From: an uncultured Acidobacteriota bacterium | Lineage (GTDB): Bacteria > Acidobacteriota > Blastocatellia > RBC074 | Direction: 5' to 3' | Assembly (NCBI GenBank): GCA_963796275.1 | Contig: CAWCKY010000007.1 | Span: forward strand, 160,001 to 224,000 | Length of the DNA stretch: 64,000 nucleotides | Shown here: one piece after another, positions 1 to 10,362 of the stretch | How the letters are laid out: the number at the start of each line of letters is the position of its first letter | How positions within the stretch are numbered: position 1 is the first letter of the stretch | Program-made: the position numbers and the translations under genes | Notes under the pieces: generated by a model | Told to the model about the DNA's origin: nothing | The model's input: only the letters and a program-made list of their open reading frames with translations | The model's database searches: none

Positions 1-2941
1 TCTCCTCGATCAGCTTGGAGTAGGTGTAGGCGCCGGTCAAGGTGAAGCCATTGGCAAAGCGTCGCTCGACGCGAAGCTGCCCCGAGTTGTAGATGCTTCT
101 ACCGTCGTACCGCTCGATCGAGATGCTTCCGAAGTGGGGATATAGACTCAGCAATTGAGACCGTACGATTTTGTCCCCATTGAAACCGGTGCCCGGCAAT
201 AGGCCTTTGAATGGGTTCGGGACCATCGCTTCAAGGAAATTTTCGACGGCATCATCGCGCTGGTTGAGCGTGGAGAGATACCGCCGCGGAATCGGGTTCC
301 GCTCAACATCCTCTACGAGTTGATCGTAATTAACTGTCCGAACGAAGGCCAGCTCGACCACCACGCGCCCCGGGAGTTCGCGCTGCAGACTCAACTCGTA
401 CCGGCGAGACTGGGTATTCCTGCGCTCCAGCGGAACGAAGCCGACGCCCTGTCCCAGGAGGGTGTACAACCCTTCCGCTGCTCCCAGGGGATCAGCCACG
501 CCATCGGGGAAGGGATTCGCCAGAGAGGCTTGGAATGTCAGGCCTCCATCCAGTGTCGGCACGATCTGCGTGGACCGAGAGAAGCCCGATTGATTCACAC
601 CGTCTATGTAGAACGGGACGGAGTAGATGGCGAATCCGCCGCGCAGCACTGTCTTAGGCGTCAATTCGAAAGCTATGCCGATCCGCGGCTGGAAGTTGTT
701 CTTATCTGCCTCATAGAATCCGCGGTTCTTCTCGTTTGCGAACAATAGTCCGCCCGTGACACGGAAAGCATCGATGGGCACCTCCGGGATGGGTTTGGCA
801 GCATAAGCCGCGCGCGCCGCCGCTTCAATGGGACTCGGCGAGGTGAAATCGAACCCGCGCACATTGCGGTTGTACCGCTCAGTGGTCGGCGATTCCATCT
901 CCCAGCGCAGTCCCAGGTTTAAAGTGAGCCGCCTGGTCACCTTCCAGTCGTCCTGAAGAAACAGGCCGTGATAGAGCAGTTGATTGTTGCGAGTCGCGTT
1001 GCGGTTGATTCGCCCGCTCGAAGGCAAGCCGAGCAGCAAGGCGGCCAGCTCCTGGCCGATGGACGCCGCCGGCGAATTGCTGAACTGGCGCGTGGCCACT
1101 TGTCCGGCATCGAACTCGTACAGTCCGGCCTCGTGGCTTGCCGGATGTTCGTTGATCCGATAGACGCGCAAGTCGTAGCCGGTCCGGAAGCTGTGGTGGC
1201 CCATGATTTTGGTGATGGTCGGTTGGAACGCGTAGACGTCGAAGGCCTGTCTACCGGATAGGGGAGCACCAAAGGTGCCGCCGCCCGTATTCGGATTGAA
1301 GTTGGTGATGTTGAATTGGGGGAAGTAGCCGGTTTCGCGGAAAAAGGTTGTGGCACTCGGAGGGAAGCCGAGCGAGGTAACATCGAAGACGCCTTCAGCG
1401 GCCCGCGAATTGATACTCTCGAAGCGGGTCAAGCCTGCGCGCATATTCAGGATCAAGGTGGGCGAGGTCGTATAGACGTGATCGACCGCTACTCCGTCGT
1501 TGATACGGAACGAGTCGGAGGTCGTCGGATCCACGCCATTTATCACGCCGGTAAATCCCTCGGTGTGCTGCTTCCGCCGATTGTGACTGTAGCGGACAAA
1601 GAAACGGTATTTTTCGTTGACCGTCGCGTCCACGCGAACCGACTCGGTGTGGAAGAAATCGGTGCGGGGGACCGGCGCGATCAGATTGTTGCGGCACTGT
1701 ACACTTGAACAGGGCAAGTTTGGCAGGGGCCAATAGGACAAAAAATTCCTCCCTATCGGATTAATACGTTCGGGCGGGATAATATTGCCCGGGAATGGTC
1801 TACGCTCCACGCGCTCGCCGCTGGGAAATGCAGACGCCGGATCGTAGATGACGATACCGGGCAGTAAGGCGGAGAAATCTCCGTTGCGCATCGCCTGGGT
1901 CGGCACCGTGAAAGTATTGGTCGCCGGAGTTAACTGGCGCAGGCCTTCGAAGGCGAAGAAGAAGAATAGCCGGTCTTTTCCGTTCCAGAATGGGGGGCCG
2001 CCCTCTCCAAAGCGGGGCAGAACGATGGGGCCGCCAACGGTCGCTCCGTAGCGATTGTAGCGAAGAGGATTGCGCCTGCATTCACCACGACCGTCCTTAT
2101 CGCAATTGGGATTCGCATTGACGAAGAATTCATTGCCCGCCAGCGCCTCGTTGCGGTTGAACCAATAGAGCGAACCGAACGGGCGATTCGCACCGCTTCG
2201 CAAAACGACGTCAATCTGCGCTCCGGCGGAGTGTCCCTGCTGGGCATCAAAACTGGTTGTCACGACCTTAAACTCCTGCACCGCCTCCGCGGGCGGCACA
2301 TAGGCCACCTGACGAACGAATGCCCCATTATTGGGAATGCCGTCAAGCGTAAACTCGCTTCCTTGTCCCACTACTCCGTTGGTCGCGATATTCGAGGTGC
2401 CGCCATTGTCGAACGCCCTGGTGAACCGTAGATTGCCGACATCGGTGTTGGCGATGCCCGCGGCAAAGCGTGCAAGTGTGAACGGATTTCCATCGGGTAA
2501 CGGCAGATCGGCGATGCGCTGCCGGTCGATCACCATTCCCATCGAGGCCGAGGCGGTTTCCAGCAGCGGTGTCGAGTCGCCCTTGACGGTGACGGTTTCG
2601 GTGGTCTGTCCGATCTCCAGACTCAGGTCGAATTTCAATTGATCGCCGACGCGGACATCCACGTTCTCAAGCACCTTCGACTGAAAGCCCATCGCTTCAA
2701 TATGCAGCCTGTGCCGGCCCGCCGGGATGTATAAGATCGAGTATAAGCCTTCGGCACTGGTCTCTGTAGTCAACGTGACACGCGTGGCTAAGTCGGTTAA
2801 TGTCACCTTCGCTCCGGGGATCGCAGCCCCCTTCGGGTCCGTTACCGCTCCGCTTACAGCCCCACGGAAATTCTGGCCGAATGCCATACCGGGAACGAAT
2901 AGGAGAACAAAGAGCAGGATCGATACCCATCTTGTTTGCAT
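1..2941 (-). CDS. TonB-dependent receptor (carboxypeptidase-regulatory-like N-terminus), 3' end outside the window
   Basis: Not in the ORF track because there is no in-window stop. ATG at 2941 follows an AGGAGA RBS and reads MQTRWVSILLFVLLFVPGMAFGQNFRGAVSGAVTDPKGAAIPGAKVTL. The same frame at the left edge reads SIYNSGQLRVERRFANGFTLTGAYTYSKLIEE, typical barrel strands. Confidence 0.92.
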   Translation of the reverse strand, partial: MQTRWVSILLFVLLFVPGMAFGQNFRGAVSGAVTDPKGAAIPGAKVTLTDLATRVTLTTETSAEGLYSILYIPAGRHRLHIEAMGFQSKVLENVDVRVGDQLKFDLSLEIGQTTETVTVKGDSTPLLETASASMGMVIDRQRIADLPLPDGNPFTLARFAAGIANTDVGNLRFTRAFDNGGTSNIATNGVVGQGSEFTLDGIPNNGAFVRQVAYVPPAEAVQEFKVVTTSFDAQQGHSAGAQIDVVLRSGANRPFGSLYWFNRNEALAGNEFFVNANPNCDKDGRGECRRNPLRYNRYGATVGGPIVLPRFGEGGPPFWNGKDRLFFFFAFEGLRQLTPATNTFTVPTQAMRNGDFSALLPGIVIYDPASAFPSGERVERRPFPGNIIPPERINPIGRNFLSYWPLPNLPCSSVQCRNNLIAPVPRTDFFHTESVRVDATVNEKYRFFVRYSHNRRKQHTEGFTGVINGVDPTTSDSFRINDGVAVDHVYTTSPTLILNMRAGLTRFESINSRAAEGVFDVTSLGFPPSATTFFRETGYFPQFNITNFNPNTGGGTFGAPLSGRQAFDVYAFQPTITKIMGHHSFRTGYDLRVYRINEHPASHEAGLYEFDAGQVATRQFSNSPAASIGQELAALLLGLPSSGRINRNATRNNQLLYHGLFLQDDWKVTRRLTLNLGLRWEMESPTTERYNRNVRGFDFTSPSPIEAAARAAYAAKPIPEVPIDAFRVTGGLLFANEKNRGFYEADKNNFQPRIGIAFELTPKTVLRGGFAIYSVPFYIDGVNQSGFSRSTQIVPTLDGGLTFQASLANPFPDGVADPLGAAEGLYTLLGQGVGFVPLERRNTQSRRYELSLQRELPGRVVVELAFVRTVNYDQLVEDVERNPIPRRYLSTLNQRDDAVENFLEAMVPNPFKGLLPGTGFNGDKIVRSQLLSLYPHFGSISIERYDGRSIYNSGQLRVERRFANGFTLTGAYTYSKLIEE

Positions 2942-3088
2942 AAATCTCCTTCGGTACTTGTTATAGGAATTGCAGTCTCAAGAAGATGTGATTCACCGCC
3001 AGACACAAAGGCCCCAGGTCCCGGGTGATTTGGGGGACCCATCTCTGTGGCGAACCTTCTAGCCGCGCATCTCATCCGGGTTTCGTGG

Positions 3089-3147
3089 AAAGTAAATGTA
3101 AAAATGATAAGTGTCAAGTAATTTTCAAAATGTATCTTTACTTTCAA
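3089..3147 (-). promoter_or_regulatory. Sigma70-type promoter for the receptor with conserved upstream motif
   Basis: Minus strand reads TGAAAGTAAAG...TTTGAAAATTAC-TTGACA-17 nt-TACTTT. The motif recurs at about 8547 and 10279. Confidence 0.6.
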
Positions 3148-3207
3148 AAGAGACGTTGATTTAATTGCCTGCCAAACAAAGACGGGTTTTACTCGGGGGG
3201 CAATCTC

Positions 3208-4848
3208 GTGAAATCGCCAATCAACCAGCGCTTAATTATCCTTATCGCCGTTTGTTTAATGGGGCCGGTTACCGTATCGGGACCGCATCCCGCGGCCCAG
3301 GCAGTTGTGGAACAGTGGGGGATATTCGATATCAGGCTTGAAGGTCCATCTGATGGAAATCCTTTCCGGGAGGTGAGTCTAGAGGCTACCTTCATTCAGG
3401 GCGACCAGGCTGTAGCGGTTACCGGTTTTTACGATGGTGATGGCATATACCGCATTCGTTTCATGCCTGAAAAGACGGGGCAATGGCGCTATCGGACGAA
3501 GAGCAACCGTGATGCGCTGAATGGTAAGTCGGGGACCTTAACGTGCATCGCCGCCGCCGCCGATAATCATGGTCCTGTTCGAGTGCGTAACACCTACCAC
3601 TTCGGGTACGCCGATGGCACTCCCTATTTTCCTATCGGAACGACCTGCTATGCCTGGGCGCATCAGGGGGACATGCTCGAAGAACAGACCCTCGCCGCGC
3701 TGAAGATAGCTCCTTTCAATAAACTGCGAATGTGTATCTTCCCCAAGCACTACGTCTATAACGCTAACGAACCGGTTTTTTTTCCCTTCGAAAGGGACGC
3801 GAGCGGAGAATTCGATTTTTCTCGATTCAATCCGGAGTTCTTCCGGCACATCGAAAAGCGCCTGGGCGAGCTGCGCGATATGAGGATCGAAGCCGATCTT
3901 ATTCTCTTCCACCCTTACGATCGCTGGGGCTTCGCTGTGATGGGACCGGAAAACGATGATCATTATCTACGCTACATGGTCGCCCGATTGGCGGCCTACC
4001 GTAACGTGTGGTGGTCTCTGGCCAATGAATTTGACTTTATGATGAATGAAAACCGGCAGGAGGTAGTTGAACTCAAGAAGAGAGGAAAGAAGTTAAAGCT
4101 GAAGACTATGGCCGATTGGGACCGCTTCTTCCAAATCCTTCAGCAAGAGGATCCCTATCAGCACCTGCGATCCATACATAACGGTTCGACCATATATAAC
4201 CATACAAAATCCTGGGTCACACACGCGAGCATTCAGAATGGGGCAGCGGTCACAGATTACGGGCGGGCGGAGCTTTTGAGAGACGTCTATCAGAAACCGG
4301 TTGTTTACGATGAAGTGAAATACGAAGGAAACATCCCGCGGCGCTGGGGCAATATCTCCGCGGAAGAGATGGTTTACCGGTTCTGGCAGGGAACTATTGC
4401 GGGCACCTACGTGGGCCACGGCGAGACATACCTCCATCCCCAGGACATTCTCTGGTGGTCCAAGGGCGGAGTACTGCACGGGCAGAGTCCGGCCAGAATC
4501 GCTTTCCTCAGAAAGATACTGGAAGAAGGGCCGGCCGAAGGGCTCGAACCCATTGATAAATGGCAAGACCAGCCGGTGGGCGGCAAAAAGGGTGAGTACT
4601 ATCTTTTCTACTTCGGCAAAGAGAGACCGGATTCGTGGACATTTCAACTTCCCCGGGCAGGCTATGACTTTCCGGCCGAGACGAAGTTTAAAGTTGAGGC
4701 TCTCGATACCTGGGAGATGACAATAACGCCGGTTGAAGGGACATTCGAAATCAAGCCGAAAGACAATTACTATTACACGAGTGATCGTCCACCAATTAAA
4801 CTCTCGGGAAAGCAGTATATGGCACTACGGATACGCAGGGTGCATTGA
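3208..4848 (+). CDS. Secreted DUF5060/DUF4038/DUF5605 protein, putative glycoside hydrolase (apiosidase-like TIM barrel)
   Basis: Signal peptide; motifs [60 protein letters not shown]. Confidence 0.85.
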   Translation: MKSPINQRLIILIAVCLMGPVTVSGPHPAAQAVVEQWGIFDIRLEGPSDGNPFREVSLEATFIQGDQAVAVTGFYDGDGIYRIRFMPEKTGQWRYRTKSNRDALNGKSGTLTCIAAAADNHGPVRVRNTYHFGYADGTPYFPIGTTCYAWAHQGDMLEEQTLAALKIAPFNKLRMCIFPKHYVYNANEPVFFPFERDASGEFDFSRFNPEFFRHIEKRLGELRDMRIEADLILFHPYDRWGFAVMGPENDDHYLRYMVARLAAYRNVWWSLANEFDFMMNENRQEVVELKKRGKKLKLKTMADWDRFFQILQQEDPYQHLRSIHNGSTIYNHTKSWVTHASIQNGAAVTDYGRAELLRDVYQKPVVYDEVKYEGNIPRRWGNISAEEMVYRFWQGTIAGTYVGHGETYLHPQDILWWSKGGVLHGQSPARIAFLRKILEEGPAEGLEPIDKWQDQPVGGKKGEYYLFYFGKERPDSWTFQLPRAGYDFPAETKFKVEALDTWEMTITPVEGTFEIKPKDNYYYTSDRPPIKLSGKQYMALRIRRVH

Positions 4849-4849
4849 A

Positions 4850-4934
4850 AATCAGTACCGCGAGCGGTAGCGAGCGAGGTTTTATCAACAGCCGCTCAAT
4901 AGAGCCTTGCTCGCTACCGCTCGCGGTACTGATT
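4850..4934. repeat. REP-like palindromic element (family A)
   Basis: Arms AATCAGTACCGCGAGCGGTAGCGAGC and GCTCGCTACCGCTCGCGGTACTGATT between convergent genes; full copy at 44879-44964. Confidence 0.85.
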
Positions 4935-4938
4935 GTTG

Positions 4939-6210
4939 TCACGTATTCACTCCTTTAGGCGTCGACCAATGTTTACGGTACGTGCGCGTCAACAAGCGGC
5001 TGGTCGCTGTATCTCCTAAAATTGCCTGGGTTTCGGCGTCGAACTTTATGTTCCGGCCCGTGCGGGCGACGATATTTCCCAGGTGCGCATAGGCGGTTGA
5101 AATGTATCCGATCTCGATCTCCGCGTTCGGTTTGTTGCGGCTGCGTACACAGTCGATGAAATTTCGCGCGTGATCATCTCCTTCGGTCGCCTCATCGAAA
5201 AGTACCTGTTCGCCCTGTTTGTCGAAGACCTTGAAACCAGCTTTTCGATCTTTCCACCTTCCTATATGAACCATCCCGTCCGACCCATAAACTGCAACAC
5301 CGTTATCCACGCCTTCCAGCTTGTAGGGGGTCCAGATGCGCATCTCCCAGTGAATTACCTGGTCCTTGAAGTTGAGCGAGATATTCATGCTGTCGGGCGT
5401 CTGCTGGTCATCCTGGAAGAAAAGCTTTCTACCCATCCCGCTGACCTCCAGAGGAAAGTCTACACCGAGAGCCCAGCGCGCAATGTCCAACTGGTGAACG
5501 CCGTCGTTGCCCATATCGCCAGTCCCGTAGTTCCAATGCCAGTGCCAATTATAGTGAAAGCGGTTTTCGTTGAACGGCAGCATCGGGGCAGGGCCTGTCC
5601 AGGTGTCGTAGTCAACGCCCGCGGGAACAGGGCTATCTTCCTTGTGCCCGATATCGTCGCGCAACTGAACGTTCCAGGCTTTGGCCATATACACCTTGCC
5701 GATCTTGCCCGATTTTATGTAGTCGATCGCCCGCTGTGTCGAGGGGCGGCTTCGGTTTTGTGTGCCGTGCTGGACGACCCGCTTGTTTCGCCGGGCCGCC
5801 TCGACCATTAAACGCCCCTCCATCAGGTTATGCGAGGCGGGTTTCTCGACATAGACGTCCTTACCGGCGTCGCAGGCGAGGATAGTGGCCGGTGCGTGCC
5901 AGTGGTCGGGCGTCGCGATCACGACGGCGTCGATCGATTTATCGTCAAGCACGCGTCGCAGGTCGCCGACTAGCTGAGGCCGGCGGCCCAGCTTTTTTTC
6001 CGTCTCGATGCCCGCCTGTTCGAGCACTCGGCTGTCGACATCGCATAGGCACGCGATATTTACATCCGGGAGCGCGGAGAATGCGCCCATGAGACTTCTG
6101 CCTCTGCCGCGAATTCCGATAAAAGCAACGTTTACCTTATCGCTCGCCGCGACGGTCCTCGCCATCGCCGCGCTCGCAATTACCGATTGTACAAAGTGAC
6201 GTCGGTTCAT
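4939..6210 (-). CDS. Tat-exported Gfo/Idh/MocA family oxidoreductase
   Basis: Likely start MNRRHFVQS (twin arginine) after a GAAGGAG RBS; motifs GIRGRG, IATPDHWH, DVYVEKP, GNDGVHQLD. Confidence 0.92.
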   Translation of the reverse strand: MNRRHFVQSVIASAAMARTVAASDKVNVAFIGIRGRGRSLMGAFSALPDVNIACLCDVDSRVLEQAGIETEKKLGRRPQLVGDLRRVLDDKSIDAVVIATPDHWHAPATILACDAGKDVYVEKPASHNLMEGRLMVEAARRNKRVVQHGTQNRSRPSTQRAIDYIKSGKIGKVYMAKAWNVQLRDDIGHKEDSPVPAGVDYDTWTGPAPMLPFNENRFHYNWHWHWNYGTGDMGNDGVHQLDIARWALGVDFPLEVSGMGRKLFFQDDQQTPDSMNISLNFKDQVIHWEMRIWTPYKLEGVDNGVAVYGSDGMVHIGRWKDRKAGFKVFDKQGEQVLFDEATEGDDHARNFIDCVRSRNKPNAEIEIGYISTAYAHLGNIVARTGRNIKFDAETQAILGDTATSRLLTRTYRKHWSTPKGVNT

Positions 6211-6223
6211 ATTGACGACTCCT

Positions 6224-7201
6224 TCATTTTTCCTGGGCGTAAACGGCATAAAGTTTTTCCACCCCGAGAGCTTCGCCGGGGTGAATGACGATGCGGTAGC
6301 GAAATGTGAGAATGCCGCCAGGCGGGATGGTGACGCTTCCGTCTATCGATTTGTCATTACGAAAATCGTGTTCCCCGAAAGGATTGGCGGCATTCAACCC
6401 GTAACCGCGGGCATGCCAATAAGTCGGATGTTTCGGGTTTCGCGGATGATCGAAAATAGCGACACCGACTTTCTCGCCTTTGATGCTCGTAGAATAGTCC
6501 ACCCAACGCGCACGCTTGCCCCATATCTGGTCGGTCCCTTTCAGTCCTTCGGAGTTGGAGAGCGTGGCGCCGCGGTCCTCCTTGAATTCATCGGCAAATC
6601 GAAACCCGAGTAATCCTTCTTCCGTATCGCCCATCTTCAGTTGGCCGCCCTGATCTGCCAGTACGGCGGCTCTCACGTCGATGACAATATTGTTGCCGAT
6701 GCGGCGGAAGGTGTACTGCTGGCTAATCGTGCCGATAATTTTGTCGCCTGGAGCGACCAGATTAAAGTCCGCGCCGATCGTGCCCGCGTCGTTCTCGCTC
6801 TTCATTCGCGGCGCCGATTTGATTGCGACCCGTCCCACCGGAAGCGGCAATTTGGCATCTTTCGCCCGGTCTCCGCTCGCTTCGCGCCAGAAGTCGACGC
6901 CGTTTATGTCACCGTGCGCGAACCAGAGGCCTCTGTGCCAGACGTGATCGTTGCTCTCGCCTGCGATCTTTTCCAGCGGAAAGCCCCTCGTAACGATCGT
7001 CCCCGAACTGGCCCGCAGGGGGTGAAGGAATGGCTTCGGCCAGTCTTCTCCATAATAGAAAGTGCTGAAAGGTTTACCATTGATTTTGATCTCTACCCTG
7101 TCCGCACTCTCGGTGAAAGTAATCGCCCCTTGACCAGGTTTGGTCGCTCCTCGGTAGGGAAGCATCAGCAGCAAACAGAAGATGACCAGGTATTTCGTCA
7201 T
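6224..7201 (-). CDS. Secreted DUF6807 (so-called PmoA-family) protein
   Basis: Signal peptide; motifs KPFLHPL, DHVWHRGLWFAHGDINGVDFW, WGKRARWVDY, HPTYWHARGYGL. Confidence 0.8.
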   Translation of the reverse strand: MTKYLVIFCLLLMLPYRGATKPGQGAITFTESADRVEIKINGKPFSTFYYGEDWPKPFLHPLRASSGTIVTRGFPLEKIAGESNDHVWHRGLWFAHGDINGVDFWREASGDRAKDAKLPLPVGRVAIKSAPRMKSENDAGTIGADFNLVAPGDKIIGTISQQYTFRRIGNNIVIDVRAAVLADQGGQLKMGDTEEGLLGFRFADEFKEDRGATLSNSEGLKGTDQIWGKRARWVDYSTSIKGEKVGVAIFDHPRNPKHPTYWHARGYGLNAANPFGEHDFRNDKSIDGSVTIPPGGILTFRYRIVIHPGEALGVEKLYAVYAQEK

Positions 7202-7238
7202 ACAGGTTCCTCAGAAAGCCATGGGTGCGCACGTTTAC

Positions 7239-7618
7239 AGATTTTGCTGGCGAATCAGTACCGCTGATGCGCACCAAGATCAGGATAAGGCGGGTTCCTT
7301 TGCCCCAACGGGGCCCCCAATATAGTAGCCAGGGGTGAAGCGCGTAGCGCGTAGCCCCTGGAACGCATCACCAAGAAGCGCCAAGCCCTGAAAGGCGTCA
7401 TAACGAGCGATTTATTGCGCCCCTACTACAGGGCTTAACGACTTGCTTGCCATCTACCAGGGGCTACGGGCTGCGCGCTTCACCCCTGGCTGTTAGATTT
7501 GCGCGCCGTTGGCGCTTAATGGACAAGATTGTACAAAGTTGACAGCTTATCTTGTCGCACATGCACAACCGCTCGCGGTACTGATTCTTTGTCCAAAATG
7601 AATTCGCCAGCAAAATCT
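7239..7618. repeat. Nested palindromic repeat / MITE-like composite
   Basis: Outer 17-bp inverted repeat AGATTTTGCTGGCGAAT / ATTCGCCAGCAAAATCT, partial family-A arms inside it, and an inner long IR (AGCCAGGGGTGAAGCGCG ... CGCGCTTCACCCCTGGCT, about 7301-7515). Confidence 0.8.
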
Positions 7619-7694
7619 TCCAGCGTGCCGGGTTTCATCCATGGTCCGCTGGCGAAAACCGAGCACGCTGGAAGCGTGCGCACCCAGGCGCTAT

Positions 7695-8489
7695 TCATTG
7701 TTTCAGCGCGTTCCTCTTCATAGATGAACGTAGCTCATCCATCGTATCTCGCGCTTTTTCGAGCATCATGCCGTGCTCGCTGCCGCAGCCTAGAAATCGC
7801 ATCCCTCGCTGAAGCCACGAGGTCGCCATCTTGGCCGATCGGCAATGAATGCCCGGAACGACTCCGTGACGATCGCATGCTTTAACGAAGACGTCTATGG
7901 CATCAATCAGTTTCGGATGATCGAACTCTCCCGGCTTACCTATAGAAATCGACAGATCGGTAGGGCCAACCATCGCCACATCGATTCCCGGAACAGCGAG
8001 CAACTCGTCACACCTCTCCAGGGAGAGGACCGTCTCGAATTGAACGATGATCATCGTATGAGCATTAAGGTGCCCGATGATCTCGGGAATGCTCAGCTGC
8101 TCGTAATCGAGTTGCGGCGCCATAAAGCCAAAACCGCGAGTGCCAACCGGCGGATATTTCGTCCAACCGATTGCCTCTTCCAAGAAAAAGGCGCTCTCTA
8201 CGCGTGGAAAGATGATCCCTTGTGCCCCGACGTCGAGAGCGCGCGACACCAGCGAATAACGCATCTCCCCGACGCGAACGAATGGCGTGATGCCCGATTG
8301 GTTGGAGGCGACTACGATGTCTTGTACCGTCTCTAAATTGAAACCACCATGTTCGGAATCGATAAAAAGATAATCGAACCCCACAGCCGCCAGCAGCCTG
8401 GGAATCTCGGTCGAACGGTACTGCTGCAAAGCACAACCGAAAACTACTTCATTATTTTGAAGACGAATCTTGGTCTGGTTAACTCTCAT
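7695..8489 (-). CDS. HpcH/HpaI (GarL-like) class II 2-keto-3-deoxy-sugar-acid aldolase
   Basis: Motifs FIDSEHG, ALDVGAQGIIFPRV, YPPVGTRG, VQFET, VGPTDLS; ATG at 8489 preferred over TTG at 8507. Confidence 0.9.
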   Translation of the reverse strand: MRVNQTKIRLQNNEVVFGCALQQYRSTEIPRLLAAVGFDYLFIDSEHGGFNLETVQDIVVASNQSGITPFVRVGEMRYSLVSRALDVGAQGIIFPRVESAFFLEEAIGWTKYPPVGTRGFGFMAPQLDYEQLSIPEIIGHLNAHTMIIVQFETVLSLERCDELLAVPGIDVAMVGPTDLSISIGKPGEFDHPKLIDAIDVFVKACDRHGVVPGIHCRSAKMATSWLQRGMRFLGCGSEHGMMLEKARDTMDELRSSMKRNALKQ

Positions 8490-8546
8490 TTTTTCGGGAT
8501 ATAACAAGTGAAATAATTGCGCCTGGGATTAAAGCAGTGTTTTTTA

Positions 8547-8606
8547 TGAAAGTAAAGCAGCATATTTGAAATTTATCTTGACAAAAGGTCGATGTGAATT
8601 TACCTT
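8547..8606 (+). promoter_or_regulatory. Sigma70-type promoter for the symporter with shared motif
   Basis: TGAAAGTAAAG...TTTGAAATTTATC-TTGACA (8578-8583)-17 nt-TACCTT. Confidence 0.6.
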
Positions 8607-8654
8607 TTTTTTCACTTACCTTCGAATTTTATCCGGGAGTTTCATCACAAAATC

Positions 8655-10229
8655 ATGAGATCCCAACACCTTATAGATTATGTGGTCATAGCCGCTTACT
8701 TTCTGATCATCGGCGCAATCGGATTCTGGGCAGCGAGGCGAAAGAAGAAGACCACGGACGACTATTTTCTTGCGAACCGGCGGATGCCCGGATGGATCGT
8801 GGGGTTCGCGATCGTCGGCACGGTCATCAGCAGTGTGAGTTTCGTCGCGCATCCCGGCGCAGCCTTCGCGCGTAACTGGTGGCTTGTCGTGCCCAACATG
8901 ATGGTGCCTTTCGTCCTGCTCTTTGTCGTCATTTTCGTAGTCCCTTTCTACCGCCGGGTCGTTCGCATGAGCAGTTACGAGTATCTGGAACAGCGTTTCG
9001 GTTATCTCGCTCGTTTTTATGGATCGACGGGCTTCCTGCTTCTCCGCACCATCGATCTCGCTTTCACGCTGCTTTTAACCGCCATCGCCGTCGAGGTGAT
9101 GACTGGATGGGATATCCGCATGGTGATAGTGGCGATCGGCCTCTTCACTATCCTCTACACCCTTATCGGCGGGATCGAAGCAGTCGTCTATACGGACGTG
9201 CTGCAGGGGCTCGTGCTGGCGACGGCTGCCATTTCTATCGTGATAATTATTCTTTGGCGGCCGGAGGGCGGGCCTGCGACAGTGATCTACACGGGATATT
9301 CAGGCGGCAAGTTTGGTCTGGGAGATCTCAGTTTCAATTGGCAGAGCGTCTTCGGCGCTCAGCCCACCTTTTGGATATTAGCGTTATCCGGCCTCTTCCA
9401 CTTTGGCAGAGCTTATATGACCGAGCCTAACATGGTCCAACGCTATCTCATCGCGCGATCCGATAGGGAGGCCCAACGCGGTGTGCTGGCGGGTGCGCTG
9501 GCTTGCCTGCCTATCTGGCTTACTTTCGCCTTCATCGGTTCGTGCCTCTGGGCGTTCTATCGATTGACTGCGCATGAAATACCGGCCGATGTGCTCCAAC
9601 AGCCCGATAATATTCTGCCTCACTTCATCGCCACGCAGTTACCTCCAGGACTGGTCGGCCTCATACTGGCGGCCATTCTCTCCGCCTGCAATTCGTCGGT
9701 CAGCTCCGACTTGAATAGCGTCGGTACGGTCGTCACGCAGGATTACTTTACGCGCGCTCTGCCCAATACTTCCGAGAGAGCTCGTCTTCTGTTCGGGCGC
9801 TGCGCGGTCTTGGTTACAGGCATCCTTTGTGTTTGCACCGCTCTGATCTTGATTTCCGCTCGCGCCAAAGCTCTGGTCGAACTGATCGTGACATTGGGCA
9901 TGATCTTCTCGGGCGGTATGCTGGGTCTCTTCGCCCTCGGATTTTTCAGTAAAAGAGCGACTCGTCGCGGAGCATATATCGGGATGGCGATCTGTTTGAC
10001 CTTCATCTTGTGGGCCGTCCTCACGGGCCCTCTCAAGGTCGATCTCGGATTCAATTTCCAGATGCACCCGATCATGATCGGAGTCTTCAGTCACTTCATC
10101 CTCTTCGCGAGCGGCTATCTCGCCAGTCTCGCCTTTGGCGGATATAGGCCCGATGTTGCCGGGCTGACCATCTGGAAAGATCGACCCTCGCCAGCTCATA
10201 TCGAACCGCAGAAAATAGAGATAGTCTAA
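8655..10229 (+). CDS. Sodium:solute symporter (SSS family), probably for a sugar acid
   Basis: Many transmembrane segments; motifs DYFLANRRMPGW, SSYEYLEQRFG, GGIEAVVYTDVLQG, NMVQRYL. Confidence 0.93.
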   Translation: MRSQHLIDYVVIAAYFLIIGAIGFWAARRKKKTTDDYFLANRRMPGWIVGFAIVGTVISSVSFVAHPGAAFARNWWLVVPNMMVPFVLLFVVIFVVPFYRRVVRMSSYEYLEQRFGYLARFYGSTGFLLLRTIDLAFTLLLTAIAVEVMTGWDIRMVIVAIGLFTILYTLIGGIEAVVYTDVLQGLVLATAAISIVIIILWRPEGGPATVIYTGYSGGKFGLGDLSFNWQSVFGAQPTFWILALSGLFHFGRAYMTEPNMVQRYLIARSDREAQRGVLAGALACLPIWLTFAFIGSCLWAFYRLTAHEIPADVLQQPDNILPHFIATQLPPGLVGLILAAILSACNSSVSSDLNSVGTVVTQDYFTRALPNTSERARLLFGRCAVLVTGILCVCTALILISARAKALVELIVTLGMIFSGGMLGLFALGFFSKRATRRGAYIGMAICLTFILWAVLTGPLKVDLGFNFQMHPIMIGVFSHFILFASGYLASLAFGGYRPDVAGLTIWKDRPSPAHIEPQKIEIV

Positions 10230-10278
10230 GAGCGGATCAAAAAGCAGGGTTTTTGATGAAATAGAACTTTTTCAGGAA

Positions 10279-10320
10279 TTTGAAAATTAGTTGACACTTT
10301 TTTTCAATATTGTTATTTCT
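10279..10320 (+). promoter_or_regulatory. Promoter for the IclR regulator with shared motif
   Basis: TTTGAAAATTAG-TTGACA (10291-10296)-CTT, nearly identical to the site at 3109-3129 on the minus strand; the -10 box is weaker. Confidence 0.55.
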
Positions 10321-10362
10321 ACTATTTGTTAGTAGTGGTGAGGTAGGGCTAGGTAAATTCGA

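Noticed and set aside
1-2941. Many short ORFs suggesting a pseudogene region
   Set aside because: The start and the window-edge sequence are in the same minus-strand frame, consistent with one receptor gene lacking only its stop.
6224-7201. PmoA-family label implying methane oxidation
   Set aside because: Soluble secreted DUF6807-type protein with no transmembrane core and no pmoB/pmoC nearby.
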